A DNA stretch of 64,000 bases, from contig CAVNZM010000002.1 of assembly GCA_963693365.1 (NCBI GenBank), positions 7,718,454-7,782,453 on the forward strand, written 5' to 3'. This document shows, in pieces, positions 61,927 to 64,000 of this stretch (positions within the stretch are counted from its first letter, which is position 1; the number at the start of each line of letters is the position of its first letter). The notes under the pieces were generated by a model. The model was not told the origin of the DNA and did no database searches. It saw nothing but the letters and a program-made list of their open reading frames with translations. Made by a program: the position numbers and the translations under genes. Source of the DNA: Amoebidium appalachense (taxonomy: Eukaryota; Protista; Ichthyosporea).

Positions 61927-62753
61927 ATGGCGTCGCTTCCTAAGCACTTTATTACCCTTAAGGACTACGGTACGTAGCTCACACCCATTCTCTTCCAGTC
62001 TGTACGTTCAACTCCATGTCTCTCTCTTGCTCCTGTCACTGATCGGAAACCCTTTGAAACTCCCTGGCGTTCTCTCGTTCTGGTGAACATGTAACTCGCA
62101 AAAACAGATAGCAAACCACTTTTTTTGGCCTGCGGGGGAAAGGGGAGGGAGGCAGCTGGGATAGTGAGAGCTAGGGGAACAGGTGTGACATCAGGTCAAA
62201 CCGCTTCCCAACTGAAGGACTGCACACGGCTTTGCCCCCTCCCTCCCTCCCTGCCCCCCCTCCCCCTCCCCCCTTACCTCTCTTTCTCTCTTTCTTTCTC
62301 CCCGCCCCCGCCCTCCCTCACTGCACTTCTATCATCATTTACCCCTCCCCCTCTCTCCCTTGCCCGTCCCCCCTCTTCCTCACTCCTACGATACCACTTG
62401 CAAGTGTTGTACAAGATGATTTCCCGACCTTCTACCGTTTCACTGATTACGTTAAGTTTGTTTTTGCTTCTTGTCAATGCACCTCAACACAAAATACCGT
62501 GGTTCTCCCCCCCCCCCCCCTCCCCCCCCCCCTTCTCCCCTCGGCCGAACCTGCTCGTGCCCCCCCTCCCCTCCCTCCGTTCCCTCCCGCCTTTGGGTTC
62601 CGATCCCCCCCCCCCCCCTCCCCCCTATGAACACACATTTCACATGACAACTCCACAGTCCTCCCCCGCCCTCCCCTCACCTCCTCTTTTCCTTTCTAGG
62701 GGTAACCCTACCCCTATTTCCTCGGACATTCACCACCGCATTCTAACCCAACC

Positions 62754-62799
<46 letters not shown>

Positions 62800-62911
62800 A
62801 AAAAAAAAAAATAAAAATTCACAGCTGCCAAGGATGTGCTTCAACTTCTCAAGACGTCGCACATTCTTCGGTCCAAAGTCCTGAACAAGGAGGTCTACCG
62901 TCCCCTTGCTG
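61927..62911 (+). CDS. OTC: Ornithine carbamoyltransferase, first two coding exons (3'-partial)
   Basis: Exons 61927-61969 and 62825-62911 give MASLPKHFITLKDYAAKDVLQLLKTSHILRSKVLNKEVYRPLAG, the typical OTCase N-terminus (HFLTLxD...PLxGK). The STRT motif is not reached in the window. Confidence 0.75.
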
Positions 62912-63339
62912 GTAAATACCCTCCCTTTTCACACGCACACTACGCCAGACACCACACGCACACACACACGCACACGTACACACACATACACACACACGTG
63001 TGTGTGCGGGCTTCACAGAGGCACAGTAATGTTTCCTTCTTCCGTCTCCTCCTTCTTGGTACTTTGTCTTCTAACTCGCCCCCGATGTCCCCCCTTCCCC
63101 TCCCGGCTCCCCTTCCGATCCTTTCGACATCCACTTACTCGTTTTACTTACTTACTACTATTCGACATCCACTTACTCGTTTTTCTCTGCTTGTCCCCCC
63201 TCCCCCCCCCCCCCCCCCATCTCCTTTCCTCAGATTTTTAGCGTTTATCTCCTTCCCACCCATGCACAAAATGTACGAGGACACTTATCTTCGGCACTCC
63301 TATAGATTTAAAGTGCCCATATTACCCACACGAAATCAG

Positions 63340-63378
<39 letters not shown>

Positions 63379-63684
63379 TTCCCCTTTCCCCTTGGCCCAA
63401 CCTTGGCCTCCGTCCCCTTTCCCCACCAGCAACATGACCTATCCACGCACACTCACATGCACCCCTCCCCCCCCCCCCCCCCACACACACACACAAGTAC
63501 ATTTTCAACCGATGTCACCGTCTCGTCTCCCTCCTTTCTTCCTCCTCCCCCCTTTCCTTATGCTCTGTGCTCTTAGGTGCACGCACGTAGCCGGGCTGTG
63601 TATAACGATCTTGAGAGATAAAACTACACGTGTAACAAACACACACTCACACATGCACACACACATTGAAGCACGTACACACGC

Positions 63685-63786
<102 letters not shown>

Positions 63787-63874
63787 TCCGTGCCGGCAAA
63801 CGCGCACAAACACATATCCGGGCACGCACATACATTCTCACACACCCAAACACACCTGTCCCCTTTCTACCCCC

Positions 63875-63905
<31 letters not shown>

Positions 63906-64000
63906 CCCCTCCCCATAACTTTCTCCTGCTTACTAATGCTTCCGTATCCGTCAGCGTACACTCCCCCCCCCTCCCCCCCTCCCCCCCCCCCCCCTCTCCT

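Overview
Eukaryotic genomic DNA with many introns. It is probably from a unicellular opisthokont, but the sequence alone does not identify the taxon. Introns and intergenic DNA are packed with (CA)n/(GA)n microsatellites and 20-60 nt poly-G/poly-C tracts, so most of the supplied ORFs are artefacts. Manual splicing recovers four host genes. (1) A CDCA7-like zf-4CXXC_R1 protein with an N-terminal chromodomain-like segment, minus strand, running off the window start. (2) A class C (GABA-B-like) GPCR with about 17 exons. (3) A TLC-like membrane protein. (4) The 5' end of an ornithine carbamoyltransferase. The middle of the window is a transposon cluster. It holds a complete Ngaro-type tyrosine-recombinase retrotransposon (A1-gag-RT/RH-YR-B1-A2-B2, 25447-30881). 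Directly after it is an intron-rich Helitron2/Helentron-class RepHel gene (31235-43480), which splices through duplicated mini-exons onto a C-terminal OTU protease domain. Further downstream are a hairpin array and a foldback MITE. Several frameshifts fall in homopolymers and may be assembly errors. All gene models were built by hand and need RNA-seq confirmation.
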